This document shows, piece after piece, positions 38,610 to 48,273 of a DNA stretch of 64,000 bases. The notes below the pieces were generated by a model. That model did not search any database. It saw only the letters and a program-made list of their open reading frames with translations, and was not told where the DNA came from. This stretch comes from Candidatus Latescibacterota bacterium (GTDB lineage Bacteria > Latescibacterota > UBA2968 > UBA8231): NCBI GenBank assembly GCA_965197905.1, contig CBDAOB010000005.1:832001-896000 (forward strand), given 5' to 3'. A program made the translations under genes and the position numbers. Each line of letters opens with the position of its first letter. Position 1 is the stretch's first letter.

Positions 38610-41299
38610 CGCGCTGCCTTCCAGTTGAAAATTCGTTTCAAATAGCGACTGCTCGCGATGGTTTTGTCGATTTCTCCATGCATTTGAGGTGGAAAGTTCA
38701 AGGGGCCAAACCTCGTTCCTGAGTAGGATGAGTAGCTCGCAAAACTGTCGTCTCGAATGATACTTTCCAGAATATATCTATACATATTGATATTGGAGAG
38801 CGCCTGCAATGGTTGTCCATCAGGAAAGCATTGAGGGCACCACTCTCTAACTGCCTTGAAATTGAAGATGTCTGGGATTTGGGACCTAAAAAAGAGAATT
38901 CTACTGTACTCGCTGATTGGATAGTCGTCCGTCAATGCCGGACTCTTTCGAGTGATTCTCGACAGAGTTTCAGCGTCTGACAAATACATACCGACAACGT
39001 CTGTGAGGTTGCCTACAGAGATTCTTTTCAAATCCATGCTTATCGCTTGGCTCTTATTTGCATTTTGAGTAAAAGTGTACGGATCCAGAATGTTTTCAGC
39101 ATCCTTTCTACCCATTAGTATCAACTCTCCAACATCCCCCCAGAATAGGTTTCCATTGGGAAAGACCTCCATAAACGACCGAATCATCGATAAGACCACC
39201 TCTTTGGGTTGTTGGCGAATAGGTAGCCACTGGGTAAGGAAACCTCCTTTCTTTAGTTTCTTTTTCGAAAGTTGATAAAACTCTTTTGAATAAAGGGAAG
39301 CTACACCTGCAAAGCCTATCGGGGGTGGCTCAAGGGTGACAAGGTCGTAGGTGACGCCCCTGTCCATGCGAAGGTGTTGGCGACCATCGTTAACAAAAAC
39401 TCGAACACGCGGATCACGGAGAATGTCTTGGTTCCACTGCCTAAAAAATTTAGCGTGCTCCAATACGTGCTTAGATAAATCAACCAGCTCGAGGTTTTTT
39501 ACACTTTCATACAAAGAGGCTGCGTGCACTGTGTTTCCAACTCCGAAGCATATGACCAGAACATCTTCTGGCTTCTCTAACTGAAGCAAGGAAAGATGAA
39601 CGAAGGATCTCATGTACCTTTGCGATTCCAATGATGTTGAGGACATGGCATGGCCATTGGTAAATAGGTAGCGTCCCTCGGCTCTTATTGGAATGTCAAC
39701 GATTGCGATGGATTCGAGAATTCCTTCGCTTGTCGTCACAAGGTGAGGTGGTTCTAGCATACCCTTGACAAAGTTCTTATTGCGAAAACTCTTAACAAGC
39801 AAGTAGTCCTTATCCATCTCAAGCCAGCGAACAAGGCATGAGATTAAGGCAACTAAGATCACCACGTGTACCAATCGCAATGCAGTTTGTTTTTTACGTA
39901 GCAAAAATTCCCTATTCATTGGGAAGAGTAACAGCATATTTACAAAGGTTAAGCAGACCATGAAAAAGAGAGTCCACTTAGTGCCAAGCGATGGTATGAA
40001 TAGAAAACCGGTGAGCAGTGACCCACAAAGGGCACCTAGGGTATTCCATAGGTAGAGGCTTCCAGATCTCTTTCCGACCTCTCGAGTCCTGTCTTGGATG
40101 AGCGCATTTGCTAAGGGAAAAGAAAATCCCATAACGAAGGCTGGAATGCCAACTAACTTTAGAATCGGTATTAGGATCAGTGCAAATTCATAGAGCGGTT
40201 GAATGAGAGCAGGGAGTGCAAAGAATGTGTCTTCGTGGACTTTTGTGATTGGGTAGAAGTCGAAGAATAAGAACCCGCCCATTACAAAGAATGCAAAGAC
40301 CACCTGAGAATAGAAAAAAAGTAGCTCAGGACGTTTCAGTCGTTTAGTCAGGATGCCACTGGCTACAGAGCCAAACCAGATACCGACGAGAATAACCAAC
40401 AGTAGGAGCGAAAGGACAGAGCGATACTGTCCTAGTGAACTAATCAAAAATCGAAACCACAAGACTTCCATACCAAGGCCAACGAAGCCGACACAAAACA
40501 ATATCGATGACACGATCACTAGGCTAGGGGAGGGAGTAGATTTAGACTTCGAAGGACGTTGGGACTTACTTTTCAACTGAGGGCTTGGGTGATCGGCCTG
40601 AACAATGAGAGTCTCCTCATTGTAAGCGCTATCGCCAAGCTTTTTGAGCCTTGCCGAAGCTATTCCAAGAGCCCCTAGACCTGCCAGAAGATTAAAAGCA
40701 ACAGCGACCATCTGAGTGCTGAAGATCCCAGCCTTGGGGATCAAGACAAAATCAGCAAGAAAACAGCCAAGGGCCGCGCCAGCGGTATTGATCCCATAGA
40801 GCCAACCAACCTTAGGGGCTGTCTCGCGTAAGTCACTATACAATAGATACCGGATGAGAAGAGTAAGGGTGGCTCCCATTGTGAAAGTTGGTGGAAATAC
40901 AAGGGCCGTTGCTACAACGTAGCGCAGTATCACAGATCCCCACGAGAGTTCGTACCAATTGTTGCTGGTGAGGGTATAGGAAGAAATTAGGGCCGACCAC
41001 TCTTCCCCCCGGATCAGTAGCACTGCGATTAGAAGGCCAAATGCGGCGATCAAAAACTCAGCGTAGGCATAGACTTTGATACAGAAATCTCTGTCTTTTC
41101 TGTAAACTTTGTCGATCCATCGTCCGGCAAAATAGCCCCCCAGACCCAATCCGCACATGAATACGGCGACCACTAGGGAAGTGGAATGGATAGTGTTTCC
41201 AAAGAGAAGGCCAAACTGACGAACCCAGACAATTTGGTAAAGAAGCCCACTGATACCTGAAAGAAAAAAGACCAAATAAACGTTGAAAACCCGAGCCAT
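38606..41299 (-). CDS. Membrane-domain / spermidine synthase-like fusion protein (low GC)
   Basis: FFLSGISGLLYQIVWVR, LYGINTAGAALG, LYLWNTLGALCG, then VLVICFGVGNT, NDGRQHL, YDLVTLEPPP, LYSKEFY, TDDYP. Confidence 0.85.
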   Translation of the reverse strand: MARVFNVYLVFFLSGISGLLYQIVWVRQFGLLFGNTIHSTSLVVAVFMCGLGLGGYFAGRWIDKVYRKDRDFCIKVYAYAEFLIAAFGLLIAVLLIRGEEWSALISSYTLTSNNWYELSWGSVILRYVVATALVFPPTFTMGATLTLLIRYLLYSDLRETAPKVGWLYGINTAGAALGCFLADFVLIPKAGIFSTQMVAVAFNLLAGLGALGIASARLKKLGDSAYNEETLIVQADHPSPQLKSKSQRPSKSKSTPSPSLVIVSSILFCVGFVGLGMEVLWFRFLISSLGQYRSVLSLLLLVILVGIWFGSVASGILTKRLKRPELLFFYSQVVFAFFVMGGFLFFDFYPITKVHEDTFFALPALIQPLYEFALILIPILKLVGIPAFVMGFSFPLANALIQDRTREVGKRSGSLYLWNTLGALCGSLLTGFLFIPSLGTKWTLFFMVCLTFVNMLLLFPMNREFLLRKKQTALRLVHVVILVALISCLVRWLEMDKDYLLVKSFRNKNFVKGMLEPPHLVTTSEGILESIAIVDIPIRAEGRYLFTNGHAMSSTSLESQRYMRSFVHLSLLQLEKPEDVLVICFGVGNTVHAASLYESVKNLELVDLSKHVLEHAKFFRQWNQDILRDPRVRVFVNDGRQHLRMDRGVTYDLVTLEPPPIGFAGVASLYSKEFYQLSKKKLKKGGFLTQWLPIRQQPKEVVLSMIRSFMEVFPNGNLFWGDVGELILMGRKDAENILDPYTFTQNANKSQAISMDLKRISVGNLTDVVGMYLSDAETLSRITRKSPALTDDYPISEYSRILFFRSQIPDIFNFKAVREWCPQCFPDGQPLQALSNINMYRYILESIIRDDSFASYSSYSGTRFGPLNFPPQMHGEIDKTIASSRYLKRIFNWKAAR

Positions 41300-41528
41300 A
41301 GATCAACTCTACAGTACCTTGACTATTGTATTTCTAAGCTAGGACAACGGACTTTAGTCGACCCAACGTTCGCTTTGAATGGGATTTTTGCAACTGCATT
41401 TATTCTGCTCTTAGAATAAATGACGACTATGTCGAAGGACAATCTCTTGCTCTTGTGGTAGCAATGGGTCTCTATTGCAACACGAGGTAGGGGAGCCAGC
41501 CTTTTTGCCAGTGAAGCACGTTGGACAC

Positions 41529-41590
41529 TCTCAGTACCCTTATTGGATCGAATAGAGCTAATCCAGCCGAAAGGTGGTCCCGGCGATGAA
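41529..41590 (+). repeat. Copy 2 of the degenerate direct repeat; includes a remnant of the propeller gene end (SQYPYWIE*)
   Basis: tct cag tac cct tat tgg atc gaa tag here versus tct ctg tat tcc tac tgg att gaa tag at 25083..25109. Confidence 0.85.
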
Positions 41591-42910
41591 TCGGACCAGC
41601 TCGGGCTCGGGAATCGGCTGGTCTCCTTCTTTCTCCGTCCACCAGTAGGCGGTGAACAGCCGGCCGTCGGCAAGCTCGGTGACCACCGGATACCCGAGAT
41701 CCCAGCAGTAGGCGTCGCCGCGAACGACGAACTCTTCGCTCCAGGTTTTTCCCAGGTCATCGCTGACGACACCGATGATTCCGCGGCATCCGCGATCCGC
41801 GGTGCGCCGGGCGAACAGTATGACAATGCGCCCGTCCCGAGTTACCAGCGCTACCGGACAGCGCTGGCGCGAGTTGTCCTTGATCCCTTCTTCATTGCGC
41901 GGAGCCGATTCCGCTCGTGGACCGAAAACCGGGCCGCAGAATGTGCCGGGAGTCGTGACGAACTCCGGATTCGACCAGGTCATGCCATCGTTGGTCGAGA
42001 AGGCGACGCACGGGGTCTCGAAATCGGGGGTCGGTCCCCAGTGTTGATGCATGCAGGTCATTAAACGACCGTCGGGCAGTTTGTGCACCCCGGAGTAGTT
42101 GTATCCCGCAAGCATGTCGCCGTCCAGGGGAGTGATATCCGGGTTGATGCGGGCGACGTTACTGACGTATTCGAAGGTGACGCCGTTGTTGTAGCTGGCG
42201 TAATAGGCACAGATGTTGCGCCGGTAGATGCCCCCGACGATGCCGAGGACCCCATTGTCGAAATGCACGTGCCCCAGATTGACGGACAGGTACCCTGCAC
42301 CCGGCGCCCAACGGGGGGCGTCGATCAACGTTGCCTGGCTCTCCCAGGTGCGGCCCCGGTCCCGGCTGCGGACACAGAACGACGGATTGTGCTTCAGCTT
42401 TCCCAGGTGAAAGTTGAGCTCCTTGTTCGGTTGATTGGCCGATCCACCAATAGGCCACCTCAGATATTCGCTGTGGCAGAAGTGGATGATGGCGTTCGAA
42501 TCTCCCAGGTCGATCTCTTCGCGTTCGCTAATGTCTCGGGGACGCAACCAGTCAAGAGTCTCGTCAATCGTGCGGTCGTTGTTCCAGATCCATTGGCGCT
42601 CGCTTTCCGGCCAGGTCTCGCCGTTGTCGAGGGAGCGACTCAACATCACGCCGGATTCGCTGCCCCACTTCTCGTGCGCGCCACGAAATGACCGGGGTCC
42701 GCCACTGTGCCTGTTGTAGCCTGGCGGGAGATCGTCGGTGTAATTCATCGGTACGGCTAAGTAGGCAAGGGCGATTTCGCCGTCGCCGAAGTTCCAGATG
42801 CCCCCCCGATTCGGTGCGAACATATAGAGATGGTCGTCATAATGGACCTTGATGTGTTTTACGTCGTTGAGCGCGATCGGGCGCACTCCGACAGTTCGTT
42901 TTGATTCCAT
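41558..42910 (-). CDS. Sialidase / BNR-repeat family protein
   Basis: Asp boxes SLDNGETW, SRDRGRTW, SYNNGVTF, STNDGMTW, SDDLGKTW; DLGYP...L.DGRL..YW; no signal peptide. Confidence 0.8.
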   Translation of the reverse strand: MESKRTVGVRPIALNDVKHIKVHYDDHLYMFAPNRGGIWNFGDGEIALAYLAVPMNYTDDLPPGYNRHSGGPRSFRGAHEKWGSESGVMLSRSLDNGETWPESERQWIWNNDRTIDETLDWLRPRDISEREEIDLGDSNAIIHFCHSEYLRWPIGGSANQPNKELNFHLGKLKHNPSFCVRSRDRGRTWESQATLIDAPRWAPGAGYLSVNLGHVHFDNGVLGIVGGIYRRNICAYYASYNNGVTFEYVSNVARINPDITPLDGDMLAGYNYSGVHKLPDGRLMTCMHQHWGPTPDFETPCVAFSTNDGMTWSNPEFVTTPGTFCGPVFGPRAESAPRNEEGIKDNSRQRCPVALVTRDGRIVILFARRTADRGCRGIIGVVSDDLGKTWSEEFVVRGDAYCWDLGYPVVTELADGRLFTAYWWTEKEGDQPIPEPELVRFIAGTTFRLD

Positions 42911-43136
42911 GAATGTTTCTCCAGTGGGTTCTTTAACGTCGCTGGGTTCGAAGGGCCGTCCACAGCATAGAGAATGGTCGTTCCATTGTCGATAGGGTGC
43001 CTCCCAGTTGCTGAAGGCAGCCGCACGTGGCCATTCGCTCCCGCATTTTCCCGTTCATATATTCACACCCAGAACGACCGTGGGCGCGTCCGACGACGAG
43101 CTCAGCTAGTACGATCAAACAAGGGAAGGGAAGGCA

Positions 43137-43880
43137 ATGGCAGACAACAAGCTGGGTTACGAAGATACGCCCCAGATTCCTGGACTGAAGTACAAGGTCC
43201 ACGATACCAAACGTCCTCAGGCTCCGGTGATCACCCCGCCCAGCTCGAGCGTTGAAGAGGCACCAGGCACCCCTCCGTCCGACGCTACCGTGCTGTTTGA
43301 CGGGGCAGATCTGTCGAGTTGGGTGAGAAGAGAAGGCGGAGAGGCCAGCTGGCAGGTTGCGAACGGTTATATGGAGGTGACCCCCGGCAACGGAAGCATC
43401 CGGACCCGTGAGCACTTCGGCGATGGACAGTGGCATGTGGAGTGGGCGACACCCCAGGTGGTCAAAGGCGAGAGCCAGGGTCGTGGCAACAGCGGCGTGT
43501 TTCTAATGGGCACGTACGAGATACAGGTCCTCGACTCCTTCGATAACGCGACCTATGCCGACGGTGCCGCGGCCGCCATTTACGGTCAGTATCCGCCGTT
43601 GGTCAACGCCTGCCGCGAATCGGGACGCTGGCAAACCTACGACCTGGTCTGGATAGGACCCCGCTTCGACGGGGGCAAGTTTGTGAGCCCGGCACGTCTC
43701 ACCCTGATCCACAACGGCGCCGTAGTCCATCACGACCGCGAGCTTCTCGGCCCCACCGCCCATCACACTTTTCTGGAATACGAGGAGCACCCCGATACAG
43801 GACCGCTGGAGCTTCAGGATCACGGGGACCTGGTTCGCTATCGCAACATCTGGTTCCGCGAGCTCGGAAGCAACGAATGA
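43137..43880 (+). CDS. DUF1080 (3-keto-disaccharide hydrolase family) protein
   Basis: PPSDATVLFDG, HVEW, GNSGVFL, YEIQVLDS, WQTYD, LQDHG..VRYRNIW. Confidence 0.9.
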   Translation: MADNKLGYEDTPQIPGLKYKVHDTKRPQAPVITPPSSSVEEAPGTPPSDATVLFDGADLSSWVRREGGEASWQVANGYMEVTPGNGSIRTREHFGDGQWHVEWATPQVVKGESQGRGNSGVFLMGTYEIQVLDSFDNATYADGAAAAIYGQYPPLVNACRESGRWQTYDLVWIGPRFDGGKFVSPARLTLIHNGAVVHHDRELLGPTAHHTFLEYEEHPDTGPLELQDHGDLVRYRNIWFRELGSNE

Positions 43881-45763
43881 GCGAGGTCCGGGTTCGGTTC
43901 GAGGATGTGGACGGCGATGGCGATCGTGAGGTCGTGGTCGAAAACGACTGGCTGCGCGCTGTCTTGCGATTCCCCGAAAAGGTCGGCCAAGAGTATTACG
44001 GTCAGCGATTCAGTTGGGGCGGTCGCCTGCAGTCGCTGATCTACCGGCCCACCGGGCGCGAATATTTCATGGCCGAAATGATCGACCCCGAAAACGTGGC
44101 TCCTTTTGGTTTGCCCGACGAGCTGTTCGAGATGTTTCCGTTCGAAGGAGACGAGAGACGGCAACTCAAGATGGGGGTCGGGGTTTTCGACGGTCCGGAA
44201 GAGAACGCGACGCTGGATCCGTTGCCCTGGAGCTGGCGGCAGGAAAAGGAAGGCGACGAAACGGCGATTGTGTTCCGCCAAGAGGCAGAGAATCTGGGCG
44301 GCTACTCCTTTGTCTACGAAAAACGGTACCGCTTTCGAGATGATTCCGCCTGGTTCGGGTTTGACGTTGTCTGGGAGAACGGCAGTGAACGAACCTACGA
44401 GTCGGACTGGGACATTCACTCCTTCCATCAAAGTGGCGAACCGCCCCGCTCCTCCTGGTTCGTGGCGCCCAAACGAACCTGGATCAGCTGCGGCAAAAGC
44501 CGCGTGCGCGCCGTTGTAAAGGAAGCCAGCCCGATCTTCGCTACCCTCGATCGGAACAGCTACGTCGCCGACCGGATTCCGTGGGATCTGGACGGCCACG
44601 CCTGGTGGTATGCATTGGGCCCCGGAGACGGCGACGAGTTCTATCTGCTTCACGGCCGCTTCGAACCCTTCCGCGGGCTGTTCTGGCACGCCTGGCGCGC
44701 CTTCACACCCCAGGGGATCTGCCATATCTCCCTGCCACCGGGCGAGACCGCTCTTTGGGGGTTTGACGTTACCCTCGGTATGGGGGGAAGAAACTTCGTC
44801 GCGGCTGGCGAGGACTGTGGGATAACCATCGATCGGGAGAAGGAGGAGCAGGTTGTGGTAAGGGTGCATTCAGCGCACCGCCGCATCGGAAAGGTCAACC
44901 TGCATATGATGGCGCCCGATGGTGTCTTGCTGCACTCCAATCTCTTGGAGGGGCACTCAAGCCCCGGACAGCCGCTCGGTGCGCGCGTCGCGTTGCCGGC
45001 GGATCACGATTATGTGAAGCTAGCGGTATCTTATCTCGAGCACGATCGGGTGATGTTACAAACGGAAGAGATTGTTCCCTGCGAGCCCCATCGCCCCACC
45101 GCTCACCTGCCTTTCGAAGGAGGCGGTCGTCGCGTGTTCGCCATCAGCGATCCTAACATCGAAGATCATCAGGTCGACTATCTTCACTTCTGCTCCCATG
45201 CCCTGCAGTGCGGATTTCATGCCGAGTGGAGTCAGGCAGGTCCGACGATTCCAGACAGACTGGCGGGTTTATCTGTGGTTTGCATCGTGGGTGATGGGTG
45301 GCCGCAAGAACGAATCGACGAGCTTGCTGCCTGGACTCGGGACGGAGGCGGGTTAGTGCTGTGCGCGCCATTTAGAGACCTGGTCCAGGCTCTGGGTTCT
45401 CTGTCTCCTCTGGTGCCCGACGGGGACGGAAGCTTACAGGTATGCGATCCGCCGTTGGGATTGAGTCAGGCAACCGCGCATCCGACCGCCGATTCTTTGT
45501 TGATGGGCCCCGGCGAGTCCCTCAAGATCGCCAGGTGGACCCCCGCTAAAGCGGTAGCTGGCGCGCAGGTGACGCTGTCGTTCACCGATGAGTACCAGCA
45601 CCCCGCCGTGGCCTTGCACGAGGTGGGTAAGGGCCGAGTGATCGCGGTCGCCTCGAGGCCGGCCTGGGGTGAGGGAAGTCACGCCGTTATCTGGGATGGG
45701 TGGGGGCAGTATACCCGGGCCTTTTGGGGAGGTCTTTTGGGTTGGGCATCGAGATGCTGGTAA
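43877..45763 (+). CDS. Hypothetical protein (N-terminal mutarotase-like sandwich, C-terminal class I GATase-like domain)
   Basis: EDVDGDGDREVVVEN start; C-terminal L..W.RDGGGLV and HPAV...VGKGRV; ATGA-coupled to the DUF1080 gene. Confidence 0.55.
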   Translation: MSEVRVRFEDVDGDGDREVVVENDWLRAVLRFPEKVGQEYYGQRFSWGGRLQSLIYRPTGREYFMAEMIDPENVAPFGLPDELFEMFPFEGDERRQLKMGVGVFDGPEENATLDPLPWSWRQEKEGDETAIVFRQEAENLGGYSFVYEKRYRFRDDSAWFGFDVVWENGSERTYESDWDIHSFHQSGEPPRSSWFVAPKRTWISCGKSRVRAVVKEASPIFATLDRNSYVADRIPWDLDGHAWWYALGPGDGDEFYLLHGRFEPFRGLFWHAWRAFTPQGICHISLPPGETALWGFDVTLGMGGRNFVAAGEDCGITIDREKEEQVVVRVHSAHRRIGKVNLHMMAPDGVLLHSNLLEGHSSPGQPLGARVALPADHDYVKLAVSYLEHDRVMLQTEEIVPCEPHRPTAHLPFEGGGRRVFAISDPNIEDHQVDYLHFCSHALQCGFHAEWSQAGPTIPDRLAGLSVVCIVGDGWPQERIDELAAWTRDGGGLVLCAPFRDLVQALGSLSPLVPDGDGSLQVCDPPLGLSQATAHPTADSLLMGPGESLKIARWTPAKAVAGAQVTLSFTDEYQHPAVALHEVGKGRVIAVASRPAWGEGSHAVIWDGWGQYTRAFWGGLLGWASRCW

Positions 45764-46530
45764 CCGAGCTGAAACCGAGCGAGATCGCCCGGTTTCGCAC
45801 CTTTGGTTTTCTGCAAAGACTACGGTTGTTCACGGCTACGGAGATGTCAGAGGTCATTGCGGCGGCTAACGCCCTGTGGGACACGGATCAGACGCCGGAG
45901 TCGGAGATCGGTGACCGCCGACTGAGTCATTTTGTCGAGCGCCTTCCCGTGCTGTCCGAGCTGGTGTGCGATGACCGCATCTACAAGGCCGCCGAAACTC
46001 TCCTCGGCCCCGATTTCATTTGGATCGGATCGGAGGGCAATGAGACCTACTACAGCGAGCTGCACTGGCACCCTGACCGCAAGTACTACCGGCCCGAAGA
46101 GAAACACAACATCCCGTTTCGACAGCTGAAGATGATGATCTACATGGAGCCGGTAACCCGGGAAACCGGATGCATGCGTGTGCTCCCCGGGTCGCACCGG
46201 TTACCTTTGCACGAGGATCTCGGACCCCAGGAAGATCTGCGGGACGAGAAACCGTTCGGTTTGGAGGGGCGGGAAGTGCCATGTGTGCCCTTGGAATCCG
46301 ATCCGGGGGATGTGGCCCTGTTCGACCACTGTCTCTGGCACGGGATGTTCGGTGGCCGCCACGGCCGCCGTTACATTGCCCTAAAGTTCGCCGCGCGACC
46401 GCGGCGGCCGGAAGATGTCGCGACCTTGAAGCAGTATTCTTTGGCTGCCTTCGAACCGCACGAAAACTTCCTCAACAGTTCGAATCCACGGCTGAGGGGT
46501 ATGGTGGAGGGAATGGCGGATCTGCTCTAA
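45754..46530 (+). CDS. PhyH-family dioxygenase
   Basis: FRTFGFL, WHPD, GCMRVLPGSH, PGDVALFDHCLWH. Confidence 0.87.
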   Translation: MLVTELKPSEIARFRTFGFLQRLRLFTATEMSEVIAAANALWDTDQTPESEIGDRRLSHFVERLPVLSELVCDDRIYKAAETLLGPDFIWIGSEGNETYYSELHWHPDRKYYRPEEKHNIPFRQLKMMIYMEPVTRETGCMRVLPGSHRLPLHEDLGPQEDLRDEKPFGLEGREVPCVPLESDPGDVALFDHCLWHGMFGGRHGRRYIALKFAARPRRPEDVATLKQYSLAAFEPHENFLNSSNPRLRGMVEGMADLL

Positions 46531-46564
46531 AGTCACTGACTCCCACGGAAAGACCGAAACCTTT

Positions 46565-47542
46565 TTGGCAAGCAACAGAAGCATCCTCGTCACCGGCGCT
46601 GCCGGTTTCATCGGGTCCCACCTCTGCGAACGGCTCGTGGGTGCCGGCCACGGTGTTCTGGGAGTCGACTGCAAAACCGACCATTACACTACGGCATTAA
46701 AAGATCTGAACCTCGAGGGTCTGCGCCATTCAGGTGTGCGGCTGGACTCGAGCGATCTGGCGGCGGATGATTTGAAGAACCTGATGGATGGCGTGGAGTT
46801 CGTCTTCCATCTGGCGGCGCAACCTGGGATCTCAGGTAGCACTTCCTTCGATAGCTATCTGCGGAACAATATCGTCGCCACACATCGGTTGTTGGAGGTT
46901 GCCTCTGAATGCGCGAGTCTGCAGGGCATGCTGAACATCTCAACCTCTTCGGTTTATGGGGCCGACGCCACCGGGGATGAGACCTCAGAACTTTTGCCGA
47001 CTTCGCACTACGGGGTGACCAAGATCGCCGCGGAGCAGCTGATGCTTGCGGCTCATCGAGGCGGGGAAGTGCCTTGCTGTTCGCTGCGACTCTTCTCTGT
47101 CTATGGCCCCAGGGAACGCCCGGAGAAGCTTTACCCCAAGTTGGTCGGCGCCATCCTAGAAGATCGACCGTTCCCGCTGTTCGAAGGAAGCGAACAACAT
47201 ATCCGCAGCTACACCTTCGTGAACGACATCGTCGACGGAATGGTGGCAGCCTTGAACAACTTCGATTCCTGCGTCGGTGAGGTGTTTAATATCGGCACCG
47301 ACGTGGCCCACACCACCGGAGAAGGGATCGAGATTGTGGAAAAGCTTACTGGAAAGTCGGCTCGGGTCGACAGACAACCCCGCCGTGCCGGGGATCAGAC
47401 CCGCACGCTGGCGAACATATCCAAGGCGCGCCGCGTCCTCGGGTACAATCCAACGACCTCTCTAGAGGATGGGCTGCGAGTCGTGGTGGAGTGGTACCAG
47501 TCACAGATTCAGGGCCGGATCAATCTCTGGCCCACACGATAA
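46565..47542 (+). CDS. NAD-dependent nucleotide-sugar epimerase/dehydratase (extended SDR)
   Basis: LVTGAAGFIGSH, HLAAQPG, STSSVYG, YGVTK, VYGPRERP. Confidence 0.9.
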   Translation: MASNRSILVTGAAGFIGSHLCERLVGAGHGVLGVDCKTDHYTTALKDLNLEGLRHSGVRLDSSDLAADDLKNLMDGVEFVFHLAAQPGISGSTSFDSYLRNNIVATHRLLEVASECASLQGMLNISTSSVYGADATGDETSELLPTSHYGVTKIAAEQLMLAAHRGGEVPCCSLRLFSVYGPRERPEKLYPKLVGAILEDRPFPLFEGSEQHIRSYTFVNDIVDGMVAALNNFDSCVGEVFNIGTDVAHTTGEGIEIVEKLTGKSARVDRQPRRAGDQTRTLANISKARRVLGYNPTTSLEDGLRVVVEWYQSQIQGRINLWPTR

Positions 47543-47555
47543 GGAGGAGACCTTC

Positions 47556-47864
47556 ATGCGCAGAGTCATGGTTCGCTACAAGGTGAAAGCCGACAAGGCG
47601 GCCGAAAACAGGCAGTTGATTGAGAAGGTGTTCGAGGAGTTGAAGGCCACGGCGCCGTCGGGCGTTCGCTATGCATCGTTCGTTCTCGAGGACGGAGTGA
47701 GCTTCATGCACCTCGCTTCGATAGAAACCACGGACGGCTCGAATCCGCTGGGAATCCTGGAAGCGTTTGGCGCCTTCCAGGAAGAGATCGAAGAGCGGTG
47801 CGAGGTTCCGCCCGAAGTGACGGATCTGGAGGAGATTGGGTCGTACGGGCTTTTCGGCAGTTGA
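47556..47864 (+). CDS. Small hypothetical protein (possible dimeric alpha-beta barrel)
   Basis: ATG after AGGAGG; MRRVMVRYKVK...YASF.L.DG.SF.H. Confidence 0.65.
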   Translation: MRRVMVRYKVKADKAAENRQLIEKVFEELKATAPSGVRYASFVLEDGVSFMHLASIETTDGSNPLGILEAFGAFQEEIEERCEVPPEVTDLEEIGSYGLFGS

Positions 47865-47909
47865 GGCAGGAAGCTGCCCAAGCCAGGGACGTTTCGAACA
47901 GGCAGGCAG

Positions 47910-48236
47910 CTACTTCGGCGGCAGTGAGGAGACGAACCTGGCTGCCTGGTCGATCCATTTCTTCAGTTTTTTCTGGTCCGTGTGTATGCCGCTACTAAGG
48001 TAGACCATGCTCCTGATCGGTTTGCCGGTGAAGTCCATCTCTTCGACATCTGATTCCCCGAGTGCGGCTGCAGCGCCCTCGTTTCCCAGCCGCAAGACGA
48101 CTTTGTCGTCGCTGACGCCACAACACATGTGGCCATTCAACATGAAGGCGATGCCGCCAAACATCTTGCGTTCGTCCGTCTTCTTGCGTCCAAGCGCTCG
48201 GCGCACGCGGGTCGCAATCCCCTCGTCGTAAGCCAT
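47910..48236 (-). CDS. TfoX/Sxy N-terminal domain protein
   Basis: MAYDE..A.RVR, ERKMFGGIAFMLNGHMCCGV, MDFTGKP, SLPPK. Confidence 0.85.
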   Translation of the reverse strand: MAYDEGIATRVRRALGRKKTDERKMFGGIAFMLNGHMCCGVSDDKVVLRLGNEGAAAALGESDVEEMDFTGKPIRSMVYLSSGIHTDQKKLKKWIDQAARFVSSLPPK

Positions 48237-48273
48237 TTTCGATCTCCTCACATACGCGACGACCTACGTTTCA

